From the NCBI GenBank assembly GCA_010909165.1, contig VJWM01000373.1, positions 1 to 28,655 on the forward strand: a DNA stretch of 28,655 nucleotides, given 5' to 3'. Below are positions 1-11,457 of this stretch, one piece after another (positions within the stretch are counted from its first letter, which is position 1; every line of letters begins with the position of its first letter). Position numbers and translations under genes: made by a program. The notes under the pieces were generated by a model. It was not told where the DNA came from. It made no database searches and worked only from the letters and a program-made list of their open reading frames with translations. Source of the stretch: Anthoceros angustus. Its lineage: Eukaryota; Plantae; Anthocerotophyta.

Positions 1-1611
1 GCGGGGGCGAGAGCTGGGCGAAAAAGCTGGTCGATTAAGGAAGGCGGAAGGGCTGCGCTATGGTAATGGCGGAGCGGCCAGGGGCTGGGCAGTGAACAGC
101 AGCGGTTGCGAGGTGGGCGGCCTTGTGGCCTCACGAGACTCGGCCGGCTCCGGCTCGAACTGGCGGGAGGATGGTCACAAGCGGACGCACGCTCGGCTCC
201 GGAGCACCAATGGCGAAGGAGTATCGGGTGCTCGGGCACATGTGGGGAAGCAATCCAGCAAATTGACTCGGATTTTGCCTACTACCGAGCTCCTTAAGGC
301 ATTGGAAGCCTCTCGGTAGCCCCGCTACAAATAAACGGACCCGGAAGGCTCGAGAAGGATGAAGGGCATGGGGACGGCAGGGGACCCTAGTGGCCTGTTT
401 GGAGGCAGCAGTGGCGGGGAGAAGAGCCTCGGGAGGAGGCGGGGCGGCCAGCGGATCCCGAGGTAAGTCCGCGCACCTTTCGGGAAGATAGGCGCGGCCA
501 CGAAGGGGCGGAAGGAGGAAGCCAACCGACCCAAGACAAGGGTCGGTGGGAAGGATGAGGACCTAGCGATAGGTCCGATAAAGTCCGGAGCTTGGGGACG
601 GACCCGTGTAATTCGGACCACGAGGTCCGAACCCCGAGATGAGACCCGGACGAGGACTCGGGGAATAAGCGGACTCGAGTTCGGACTCGGGTCGAGGCCA
701 CCTCGAGGTCGGACTCGGAAGGAGGTCCCTCAGGCTTACTGGGGGGGCGGTCGGTGGCCCCTAGGAGGGACCTTTGGGGGCGAGGGGGCAGCGTTGTAAG
801 CGGTCGTCGGGCCGTGTAACGGCAGATTCGGGAAGGAAGGGGTCCGCCTCGCGGATCATCCGATTGGGTGCGCCATAGCTATCGGGGCGGAGATTGGACC
901 ACCAATCCGAGGCGGAACCGGGACCTTCCGCCCAAGCGAAGGAGATAGGAGGAGGAATAGGATGGTGGCGGCCGATTAGGGCGTCTTGACCACCCGGCTC
1001 GGAATAATAATAAAGGCGCCCGACTTGGGCGTAGTATAAGAGGCGGAATAAATCATCTTTCTCTTGGGGTAGATGCGCGTTTTCTTGCGAGACCTTGTGA
1101 GTCTTCTTGCTAACGTGAGTCTGAGTCACGAGCCTGACAGCCCCGAGGCAGTCAAGGTCACAGTGGCGGACCCTAGCGTGTGGTGGTGTGTGGGGAAGAG
1201 CGCGGGACCCTTGCTCGTCGGGGCGGTCAGCGTCGAGGCGGCGAGTGAGCGGAGGACTTGGAGGCGTGAGCCGGACGGAGGCCTTGAGCAGCGGAGGAGG
1301 TCCGGGCTGCCATCACCGCGTTCTTTCAAGGTTGATGGTGTAGTAAGAGTGATGAGAGGAGCGGACTGAAGGCGTGTGATGAAGCGAAACGTCACTGGGA
1401 CGGGTGTAAACGTTTGGCCAAGACTGTTTTGCGGTGAGCGATCACAGTTAGGCATAAGCCGAGTAGAATGTGCCTGAGTGCAGCGGACGCAAAGTGAGGT
1501 GAGAATCGTGTAAAGCCTTGGTGGCGGGCCTATCATTCCCTTGGGAGCGGACTCCTTACTACAACGACACGGGATTGTGCTGGTGGCCGTCGGTAGTGGC
1601 GCCACACTCCT

Positions 1612-2231
1612 ACCAATTTATGAACCATCAAATTGGTTGTTGCTTAGTTGATTCTTTGGTGTCACTACTTCGCTTGGCTAGACCTCCACTGCTCATAGCT
1701 TGGTGGAAGTGATGCCGGGAGGCTATGTTGCCGGGATTCTGGTATAATCACTCCACAAGAGGCTAATTTCGCACGTGCTGCACGAAATCTTGAGACATGA
1801 CTCTCTACAGAGTCTTTCTCCTTCATTCTCGAGTTAAAAATTTAGGGTAGCAATGGCATCCTTAATATCCTTCGACTCATACGTATCAGAGAGAAGGGAC
1901 CAAGCTTCATGAGCAGACTTGGTTAGCTTGATGTGGGGGATCATCTTTTGAGAGACAGAAGAAACAAGGATGGTACGTGCTTTCCTGTCCTTAAAATTCC
2001 ATTCAAGTTCATCTTTCTGAGTCCAGTTAACACTATTGCTTCCTCTAGGTGTGAAGGTTCCGGAATCCTCTCCAGCAACCTTCTTGGGAATTGTCCCATC
2101 AACAATCTCCATCAGCAACTTTTCCTCAAGAATGCATCTAACCCTAAAACTCCAGGCATCATAGTTTGCAGGAGTAAGCTTATCCTTATCTTGCAGTCTA
2201 TCAAGCCACCCGGGTCAGGGATAGCTGCCAT
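1612..2231 (-). pseudogene. gag: copia gag (DUF4219/UBN2-type), frameshifted and truncated
   Basis: ATG at 2231. Translation KDKLTPANYDAWSFRVRCILEEKLLMEIVDG...KDRKARTILVSSVSQKMIPHIKLTKSAHEAWSLLSDTYE (ORF 1834..2118) matches the copia Gag N-terminal pattern. Confidence 0.85.
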
Positions 2232-2318
2232 GACGCTTGAAAAATTGATATCTCAAACTGAGACAGAAGACCCCATGCAAGTGTTTTGTTACTGTAGGGT
2301 TTGAATCTCCTTTGACAG

Positions 2319-2839
2319 TTAACCAATTGCAATTTCCTGAGTAGCCATTGTGACCAAGTCTGGTTCCCTCAACTTCTCATGTCTCTCCTGTCTCTGTGCG
2401 AGATTATCAAGGCGCTGTGTGCACTCCAGCAAGGTGCTTCTCACATTCAAGATTGAGTTAAGTAAAACTTCTTGGTTAGAGGCAAATCTTGAAGAGGATT
2501 TCAAAGAAGGATGATGAGAATGCTCATAATGTTCTTTAGTATATCGAAAAAGATTTCTGACGTCTCCAGAGTGTGATGTCTCAGGCCTGGAGACTCCCGC
2601 CTTAGAATCTGCAAAATGCTTTGAAAGAAAAGCGCTTAGAAAACGGCGACGACCCTCCTGTTGATCGGGTGTAACCGACTTCTGAAAATACAATCTCTCA
2701 AAGTCTTGAAAGCGGGGAGATGATCGGATCTCCGTGAAGTCGAGAATCCGTGCAGCTCGAGAGATTTTTTATAGGCATCATACAAAATTCTACATGACAT
2801 TATGAGCAAGAAATTGGAAAGCCTCCTCATCACAAACAA
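2319..2839 (-). CDS. putative extra ORF (ORF0) in the leader of element A, split in two frames, unknown function
   Basis: Overlapping sense ORFs 2636..2839 and 2319..2693 fill the PBS-gag interval. The C-terminal part (LLNSILNVRSTLLECTQRLDNLAQRQ) is heptad-like. Confidence 0.45.
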
Positions 2840-2910
2840 CGATTACAGAAATAATTTTCTTTAGAAAATACATTGCAAGGTGGATGAAAAGGGCAGGATC
2901 AGAACATGGT

Positions 2911-2922
2911 GCTTTGATACCA
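2911..2922 (-). promoter_or_regulatory. primer binding site (tRNA-iMet) of element A
   Basis: TGGTATCAAAGC directly after the LTR-terminal CA. One mismatch to the plant consensus TGGTATCAGAGC. Confidence 0.9.
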
Positions 2923-3124
2923 TGTAGGTATTTAGAGCATTGTGCCATCAACAATGTTCATACACCCACGCACATGAACATGAACATTAACATTAACATT
3001 ATCAAGAGGAAGTCCTACATAAATAGCCTCAAAACAGTTATAACTGTAAAGCAACCTAACACTAACATATAACCTAAGATATTAAGCTAATGTATATAAG
3101 TATATGTACAGTACTTTTCCAACA
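2923..3124 (-). repeat. 5' LTR of element A (202 bp)
   Basis: TGT...ACA termini, AT-rich, adjacent PBS, sharp composition change at 3125. The partner LTR is not in the window. Confidence 0.8.
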
Positions 3125-6100
3125 AAAGTCACGTTCGGGCGCGGCGCTCTGTGTCAGCAGCGCCCGCGTTGCGGTAGCGATGCTGCGGCTGGCGCGATGC
3201 GGGCGCGTTGCGCGCGATGCGGCGTCTTTATGCAAGCGGCTGGTGCGATGTGCGCGATCGGTAGCGATGCGGGCGCATTGCGCGGGCGTTGCGGTAGCGG
3301 CTGCGCTACAAGCGCCGTCTTCCGATCCTTCTGACCGGCTGCGAGGCAGTAGCACTGGCGAGCGCCTCGTGATCCACCTTACACCCATGGAGCCCAGATC
3401 TGGAGGAGAATCAGAGTGAATTAATCCATGGATGGGGACGTGTAATCTGCAGCTTGGACTGCGGTGCCTATGCACCATCATAGAAAATGGTCGCGAGGGC
3501 AGCTACAGCAGGAGTAGGAGCAAAAGCACCCAAGGCACAACCGCCATCGCCTTGCGTCCGCAGCGGTGGAGAAGGAGCATCAAGCTAGCATCTTTTCGGC
3601 ATCTTTTCAAGATACTTATTCAATAAGCAGCTTTTTCGAAAAATAATAAAGGCCAGAATGCATTTTTCAATTTCTAATTCTCGTGGACAACCAAACATTA
3701 AAGAGCTTTATGATTCACTTGTTGAACAAAGTGACTTTTTAGAAGAATTGATCTTAGGCATTAGACACATGCATTACGTATGTATTAAATTCACTAAAAT
3801 GCCAAATTAGCTGCCTTAGATTGCCGTAGACGAACTTTGTCCTGGTTCTAACCATTTTAATGGTGCTTTTCTTTTTTTGACCTGATGATAGTGATGGTAG
3901 TCAAGCATCAAATACTTTGTTTGGAAGTTTATTTGATACTCGAGGCAAGCTCATGTTAGAGTATTCCATATGGGATTTTTCTCCTCAAGCTGTACAATTT
4001 AGATTAAATATAATGGCGGCACCTTCTCATTCCCCTTGTTCTAACTCCTCTTAGGATAGAATTTAATAAGGATAGATTTAATTGATTACACCATATGGGC
4101 AATGAGAGTGTCGGATTTTAGAAGAAAAAATTGATGGGGTTGTAGATGGTCGAACTTGCTCCTGCTCGAGCCGCCCACGATGTCGTTTGGATTGTGGAGG
4201 GTGCAAGAACTATTATTATTTCCGCTCTAGATCGAACATGATGACACACACTTTGGGTGCGCCACTTCAAGTGATGTGTGGAATAACTTTAAGATGATTT
4301 ATAAGGATAGGAGCTCGGCTTCCCTTGTTCAAGCATTCGAGGATTTTTCAGCCTCCGCATGAAAGATAACGAGTGGAGTCTTATATTAACGGTTTTGCAC
4401 TTGTCGTGCTAACCTTTCATATTGTGGAGATTTGGTGAAGTTTCGTCGACCTACTTGCAACCCTACGAAGCATATCAATCTTTTGTAAGCGCCGCAGTGC
4501 CATATCGCGGTCAATCAGCGATTGCGGTGCAACTGCTATTACACTTGAGAGGTGTTTGGAGCTCTTCTAGCGGAGGAGAGGACTCGTGGCCTTAATAAGA
4601 TGAAGGCCAGCTCAAGTGGTCAATCAAACTCGAGAATTTTGTTCACTTCTCTGGAGGGGCTTTCGAGGGGCGTGGCGGGGGCGCTTCCCCAATCCAAAAT
4701 TTTCAGCGTTCCACATATAATCCTAAGCACCAAAGCGAAATATGACTTGCCATTGGTGCAAGATGCCATATTGAGAAGGAATTGCGGAAGAAAAGGTAGT
4801 GAGCCTCGGAGATGCAAGTCTTCCACAATCAAACCTCACAACCACAAAGGCTAAGTCTTCCACAATCTTAGCTGTTTGTCTTTCATCTCCATTCTCAAGT
4901 AGAAACTTGGTTTTAGATTCGGAGCCACTAGTCATATTTGTTTTGTGACACTCATTTAAAACTTTCTCACCCACATATGATGCCAATCGGTTTGTGCTTT
5001 TGGGTGATGACAGTGGGCTTTCCATCAAGGGCTCGGGCTCGGTGGTCATACAACTCCCGGGAGTCTTCACTTACACTTTCTGGTGTTTTGTTTGTCCCTT
5101 CTATGACCAAAAATTTGATGTCGTGATTAAGTTGTCACAAGAACACTCTTGCCGAGTCTGCTTTGATCAATGGTTGCCGATGTTCCATCAAGTCATGACC
5201 TTTTCATACCCCTTTTCATGATTTGTATTTATTAGATGTCAAATCCATAGTGCAACCTCAACCCACTCGATGCATGCCATTCAAAACAAGCTTCAATGCA
5301 CCTTTGGCATTGTCGTCTTGCCACGTCAATTTCAGCGTAGCATCTCTAACAAAGGGTGATAGCTTTTGAGATCCACTTACCTATCTCCTTCTAGTCACCC
5401 TTGTGACTCCTCGACTTAGCACTTCTCTAATATCTCCACTCAACAGTCACTCATCTCTTTTGGATACTATTCATAGTGCCCTATATTTTGTGATTTATTT
5501 TCCATTATCATTTGAGTGCAGATAATACTCTTTTATTTTCATAGTATTAGATGATATTGTATAAACAAGAGCGAGCATGCATGTGTTTTCAAACCATGTG
5601 CAAACGGCGAGTCACAAGGTTAAAATTTCTGTGATGACAATGGTGCGTACATCAACAATGCTTTTGAATTTTGCTCTTGGAAGGGATCCATCACCAGCTC
5701 ACGCTATACTCCCTCGAACTCTTTCTTTGAGAGGAAAAACCGGACACTCAGAGGCTACTTTGGCATCTCTCACTTTTGCTAGTCTCTCGTGGATATTGTG
5801 AGGCATTGATGGCATTATGTTCTCAATCAACTACCTACTAAGGAGCTTGGTTTGACAACTCCTTATGAGAGATGGATGGAAAGAAGCCCGCATAGGGCAC
5901 TTCGTATTTTGGATCACGCTTATGCTTATGTACTGTAGCTACTCGTCATAAGATGGACTTGAAGGCTATTCATTTGTGGGTTACTCCGATGTGAAGGGTT
6001 ACAAGTTGTTTGATCCCTTACACGCCGGTGACCATTTCAAGGTGGTTTTAACGAAGATATTTTGCTTCGTCAACATCTTTTCAACTCCCTCGGCGCAACT

Positions 6101-7878
6101 ATGCCTCTTGCATCTATATCGTGTTTCGGACCCACCTCTCTTGCATTTGATGATTCTTGTGTTACTATTTTGAGGATGACTCCTCTTTGGCTTGAGGCTC
6201 TTGCTCAATCACCCCTGCTCCAACTCCATTGTTGTAGTTGATGATCACCCACTCTTCCGGTGGCTAATGACACTATTGTACTTGATCCACGGGATGAAGA
6301 ATGAAGCCAATGAAGAGCCTCCTCAAGTACTCGCGTTCTACTGACACCGTCCTCCAAGGTCAGTGGAAAGAGCCTCCATATGTTGCGGTATTGCGTAGAG
6401 GAACCACTTTTCCACCTCCTTATGTTTTTAGTGTTGTAGAATCATTTCACCTATAGAGAAGCAATTGAAGCTACCATCTATCAATCTCTCATTTCTAATA
6501 AAACTTGGGTTCTTAGATCTCCCTCGGTACTAAACCAGTTGTAAGTGGGTCTTCAAGAAAAAACTTATCGATGGTAGTGTTGGTAGGTATAAGGCTCGCC
6601 TCGTGGCAAAGGGTTATAGTCAAGTAGCGGGGTTAGACTACAATGAAACATTTGCCCCAGTTGTTAAGTCTACTCCATAAGAATACTTGGCCCTTGCTTG
6701 CTCACTACAATCTCCTCGTACATCGCTTAGACGTAAAAATGCTTTTCTTAATGGCACCTTAGATGAGGTCATCTACATGGCTCAACCGGAAGGTTTTATT
6801 ATAGACCCTAATAAAGTATGTCAACTTTTAAAACACTTTATGGTCTTAAATCCTCCGTGCATGGAATGAAGTGTTTCATGCATTGCTCATAGAATTGGGT
6901 TTCACATGTTTGATGATACGCGTATATATTTTATGGGATGGCAATGATTTTATCATTTTAATTGTTTATGTGGATGATAATATTTTATTTAGCACTTCAC
7001 CAACTCTTATGGCAAGAATGAAAGCAGTTCTTTTGGCAAGATTTGATATGGTGATTTGGGCTTATCATTTTCTCTTGGTGTTCAATTCATTTTAACTGAT
7101 AACACTATTGATATTCATCAAGAGCATTTTGTACATCAACTACTTAAGAGGTTCAAGATGGAGGATGCGACCGATCACACCTATGTCTATAGGTGAAAAG
7201 CTATCTAAGGAACAATGCCCAACAAGAAGAAAAGGTTGAGATGGCACTCAAGCCTTACCGACAAAATTTTGTTGGTTGTTTAATCTATCTCGGTTGGACT
7301 AGATTAGACATCACACATGCGATTAGTAATGTAGTCAATTTTAGAGAACCACAGCTTGCCACATTGGGCTGGATGAAGAATTTTAGGTACCTCAAAGGAA
7401 CAACACGCAAAGGTTTACGTTTTCTAAGCAATCGATGGTTTCGCTAATGTCCTTTTGTGATGCGATTGGCTGGTGACCCGGACACTAGGCGTAGTGTGCA
7501 GCCCATGCTTTTAGGTGGATCGATTATCTCTTGGTCTAGTAAAAAGCTCACTACTATTTTCCTCTCACAGGCGAATATGGTGCCATGACAATGCTAGAGA
7601 GGTTATTTGGATTAGATCTTTCTTAAGTGGACTTAAGCGACATGAAGGACCAACTCGGCTTTGGTGCGACAATCGACCATTGCTTTATCGAAGAATCCGG
7701 TTTTCATGCTAGAAGTAAGCATATCGAGATTGCTCATCATTTTATAAGACAAGCAGCAAAGCGTAAAGAGGTAATAGTGGACTATGTTGCCACTTCAGAA
7801 AATGTGGCTGACCTTTTGACAAAGTCTTTGCCAAAGTTGGTACATGAAAAACTGTGGACCGTGGGCTCTCCCCCTTAG
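3125..7878 (+). mobile_element. Ty1/copia element B, internal region without visible LTRs
   Basis: Full gag-PR-INT-RT-RH order from 4013 to 7878. Assigning 3125-4012 as its leader is inference. Confidence 0.85.
4013..7878 (+). pseudogene. gag-pol: copia gag-pol polyprotein, heavily frameshifted
   Basis: Gag DYTIWAMR/GVVDG (~4085-4150); zinc knuckle CHWCK..HIEKEC (~4748-4785); protease LDSGATSHIC (~4908-4941); LWHCRL.HVN (~5302); GYSDVKGYKLFDP (~5979); [29 protein letters not shown] (~6588), KNAFLNGTLDEVIYMAQPEGF, IVYVDD (~6961-6978); RNase H SWSSKK and ARSKHIEIAHHFIR...NVADLLTKSL. Confidence 0.95.
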
Positions 7879-7997
7879 GAAGGTAATGAGCTAGTTTTTG
7901 TTTTTTTTGTTAGTGTGGAGTGAGAAATAAGGCGAGAAGGGAGAAATACGGTCGGGACAGGTAAAAAGGGAATGGATGACCGAAGAGCATAAGGACG

Positions 7998-8089
7998 GGG
8001 TGACTCCGGACCGCACTCCGAAGTAGCCTGGGTGACTACGGACCGCACTCCGGAGTAGCCTGGGTGAGTTCGGACTGTACTCCAGAGTA
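7998..8089. repeat. 32-bp tandem repeat, ~2.9 copies
   Basis: GGGTGACTCCGGACCGCACTCCGAAGTAGCCT (7998-8029), GGGTGACTACGGACCGCACTCCGGAGTAGCCT (8030-8061), and a degenerate third copy from 8062. Confidence 0.9.
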
Positions 8090-8749
8090 AGTCGCGATAA
8101 GTACGCCGGGAAAAGTAACTTTGGAATGGGGGAGCGTGTTTTGGCAAGGGGGCCACGTGGACGGTGCTGAGAGGGGGACGGGCATGCAGCAGACCAAGAC
8201 CGTAGGGTTGGCAGTGGCTGTTATGGGCAGGTAACCATGCCCCGGGTACATCTTGAGCAAGGCTAGAAATGCGAGGAGGCGAGGCGGTAAAGTAAGCAAT
8301 GCAGACTCGCGATTATGGGCAGCAAAAGGACGCCCTCCCACGCTTCAATTACTCCCGACGTTCTGGCGCTGAGAGAAGACCATTCTCTTGACCGGCTTCT
8401 CGCGCAGCCACTCGAGCACCTTGCTCTGGCGCTATCTCTTAAGCGCCATTCGGCGACCATCTTTTTGCGGCGCTCGGCCGGACAAGAATTGTCAGCCATC
8501 AAGCCACAACAGCAGACCAGCCGGCATGCAAATATGGGACCCAATCTGCGTCGTCGCCCTTTCTCTTTTCCCCAAACTTGACATACTGCTGGCGACTGTG
8601 GGGTTGTGGCAAGCCCCCTCCTACTCCGATTGCGCTCATGATCCCTAGCCGGATGAGCTCGGCGTGCCGCGCCCCTCTCTTACTGTTGTCCAACCAAACT
8701 TCTCTGCAGAAAGGGTGTCTTGCACAAAAATTTGGGCACTGCTGTGGGA

Positions 8750-8974
8750 TGTGATAAAATAGCTTACTATTAGGGCACTCTTCACTAGGGCACCTAGGAC
8801 TTAATAATTAATTTAGTCCTTAGGGCTCTAGGTAGTTTCTTTAGTAGTTATTTAATTGGTTAGTTGTTACAACCACTTATTGGTTACAACTACCTTGCCT
8901 ACATAAAGGCATGTACTTTCTATTATGAATGTAATGCAACACATATTGCTAGAGCTTGTGTATGATTCTCATCA
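8750..8974 (+). repeat. 5' LTR of element C (~225 bp)
   Basis: TGTGATAAAATA...CATCA. Shares TTAGGGCACT.TTCACTAGGGCACCT and CCTTGCCTA.A.A..GGC blocks with the LTR at 28019-28283 (reverse strand). Confidence 0.85.
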
Positions 8975-8985
8975 TGGTATCGAGC
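8975..8985 (+). promoter_or_regulatory. primer binding site (tRNA-iMet) of element C
   Basis: TGGTATCGAGC immediately after CA, equal to TGGTATCAGAGC lacking one A. Confidence 0.88.
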
Positions 8986-9172
8986 ACACTTGCTCTTTGT
9001 TTGCTTTGCATCCTCATGCATCTAAGTAGCTTATCTAGGAGACACTTTCTAATCTAGCATTTGCCTAGATGGATTGTGTTTATCCTAGAATTGCTATCTT
9101 GCATGCATTCTTTTTATGCTAACATTTCTCTTCTAACAATGCTTTTATGCACTAATTCTTTGTTCTTCCTCC

Positions 9173-9748
9173 ATGGATTTGTGTTCCCTTAGAAGGAAGG
9201 CATAGAGTTAAGAAAGAAGTAGTCCCGCAAGACAACAAGAACAAATTAGGAGCCCAACACATAGAAGCAATAGAAGACAACAAGCTATAGAGGAGAGATA
9301 GTAGAAACCTCCTCTTGTATAGCAAACTTCATTGCATCTATTTTAATTTCTAAACCGGATCAAGGGAAGTTTATCAAGCTAGCTAGACTGATTTGCTAGA
9401 AGTTTTAGTCCAATTCACGTCAAGGCATTAGAATTAGCTCCAACATATCCCAAATTTGAATCGGTATTAGTACTCCTTTATCTTCTAGTCAGAAGACAAA
9501 ATAGCATAGAAACTCTTAGATTTCAAGAAATTGATAGTCAATTAGCAACTCTTAGAATCCAATCCTTTGATCTTAAGGGAGAATTATCTGAATTAAGGAC
9601 AAAATTGTCTATTCTCTCTAAGGTTGATAATGCGCAGAGATTTGAGAGCATGCTATCATCATCCGAATCAGATTATGATGCAAGAGAAGAGTTTCCTGCG
9701 TGCAATAGAGAAGATGAGAGGCTGTACCGGCGAGGCCTAGTCCTCTAA
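9173..9748 (+). pseudogene. ORF0 of element C: extra upstream ORF, frameshifted, helical/coiled-coil-like, unknown function
   Basis: IANFIASILISKPDQGKFIKLAR (9319-9387) aligns with ORF 27421..27921 of element E. An open C-terminal frame IETLRFQEIDSQLATLRIQSFDLKGELSELRTKL...SESDYD ends at TAA 9746-9748. The start codon is uncertain. Confidence 0.7.
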
Positions 9749-9758
9749 ATCACCTACA

Positions 9759-11457
9759 ATGGCTGGAGTGATCAATAATGAAGAACAAACTGTTCCTAAT
9801 TCCCCATTGGGTAATGATAATGCTAACACTTCATTGCATTATCATTATGGTGACAATTTCAAAGAGAAAGACAGATTCAATGGAAGGGATTATGACATCT
9901 GGTCATTGAGAATGCGAGGAGCTTTGCGGCAAAGAGACCTTTGGGGCATCGTCGATGGATCAATTCCAAGGCCACACGCCCGATTTGAAGCGTGAACTTC
10001 AACCTTCACGGGGCCTTGAGGGCGAGAAGGCACAAGATTTATTGGTCGGTGGACTTTCTCAACATATGGTGAGACATGTCGCAAAGACCTCCAAGGATAT
10101 GTGGACTCACCTTGCTCAATTATATTCATCTCGAGATGTAATGAGTATTGTTGCGACTTCACGTAACTTCCGCAACCTCAATGAAGGAGTCCGACACCAT
10201 CGAACATCATGTTAATGCATTTCGATTGGCACGATCCCATTTGGAATCTTCAATGGCGTACCTATCTCGAGATGGAGGCTTACGTCATTCTCTTATCTTC
10301 ATTGCCACCTTCTTATAGGGCTTTCATTACAACTCAAAATGCAATGATTATGTCGGAAAATGCAGATGAAGATCCAAATGAAGAGCCGGACATCGGTGTT
10401 TCGAACTTATTGGAGCATTGCTACGGAGGAGGCAAGCGACGTCATCATCACTCCAGCCAACAAGCGTGGTGATGTATTCACAAAGGGTAGAGGAAGAGGA
10501 GGTTCTACTTTCCATGACCCCATATCCGCACATACTTTCCATGATGGAGGCATCTTCTTCAACACGCAAGAGGTAACAAGAAGGCGGGATTATATGTAAT
10601 TGGTGCAATCCCAAATCACATGGAAAAGGATTGTCGTAAGAAGAAGAATGGGGAACCTCGGAGGCCCCACACCGAGCTAACATTGCGTGAAGAAACAATC
10701 TTCCTCAACTCCAGCGGTGCTCCGTGTGCTTGGCTTCTTCCAAGCCCTCCAATACCTCATGGTACTTAGACAGTGGAGCTACTTCACATATTTGTTACAG
10801 AAACTCTTTTGAGTCTTACTCACCACAGGACATCGATCATCCTCCGGAGATGATCACAACCTACCCATTGCGGGTGTTGGTTCGATTGTATTCAAGTGTG
10901 ATTCGGTCGTTCTTCATCTTCATCACGTCCTCCATGTTCCTTCAATGTGCAAGAATCTAGTATCACCAAGTCTTGTCAAGAACACACTCTGCGTGATCCT
11001 TTATGCGATAGTTGTCTTCTCTCTTTCATAAGTGATAGAAACTATACAATGCACAGCACTTTAGATGATGGTCTCTATAGATTGTCGTACAAGTGGGAGC
11101 CACCCATTCGCTAATGTTGCCATTCCAAACCCAGTGACACCTACCCAAACCATGCTTTGGCATTGTCGCCTTGGTCATCCTAATAGTCAAAAATTAATCC
11201 AAATGTCTAAGGAGCTTTATATAGAACCCCTTGCCTTGCAAAGGTTGAACACCTACCTTGGTGCGAATCTTGTGTCCTCACTAAACGACATCAAGAGCCT
11301 TTCAAAAATAAATCTCCACAAAGGGCCAAGTCACCTTTAGAGATAGTGCACACGGACATTTGTGGACCCTTGTCTACACCCTCCTTTAGTGGTAGTAGAT
11401 ATTTTTGACCTTCACGGATGATTTCTCTCGTTTTGTCTTTTCCTACATCTTGAAAAG
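9759..11457 (+). pseudogene. gag-pol: copia gag-pol 5' portion (Gag, zinc knuckle, protease, GAG-pre-integrase, integrase N-part)
   Basis: KDRFNGRDYDIWSLRMRGALRQRDLWGIVDG; ICNWC..NHMEKDC (~10593-10635); WYLDSGATSHIC (~10760-10795); LWHCRLGHPN (~11155); PLEIVHTDICGP...TFTDDFSR (~11334-11430). Confidence 0.95.

Larger units (their letters stand above)
1612..3124 (-). mobile_element. Ty1/copia element A, 5' fragment (5' LTR, PBS, leader ORF, gag truncated at the zinc knuckle)
   Basis: Minus strand reads LTR TGTTGGAAAAG...CCTACA, then TGGTATCAAAGC, then after ~680 nt a copia-type gag. The sequence switches abruptly to unrelated GC-rich DNA at ~1612. Confidence 0.88.
8750..11457 (+). mobile_element. 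Ty1/copia element C, 5' half (LTR, PBS, ORF0, gag, protease, start of integrase), interrupted by element D
   Basis: LTR-PBS junction at 8974/8975. Coding motifs stop inside integrase where the LTR of D begins. The LTR, leader and gag start (MAGV) are related to element E. Confidence 0.92.

Noticed and set aside
1933-2304. Antisense ORFs over gag/pol (also 4723..5070, 10348..10698, 20324..20821, 24428..24715)
   Set aside because: These are shadow frames opposite real retroelement coding sequence, with no independent evidence.
3074-3481. Ala/Arg-rich ORFs on both strands
   Set aside because: They are explained by stop-poor GC-rich repeats and cross the LTR boundary at 3124.
7998-8089. 32-bp repeats as a CRISPR array
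   Set aside because: The copies are head-to-tail with no unique spacers, there are no cas genes, and the context is eukaryotic TE DNA.
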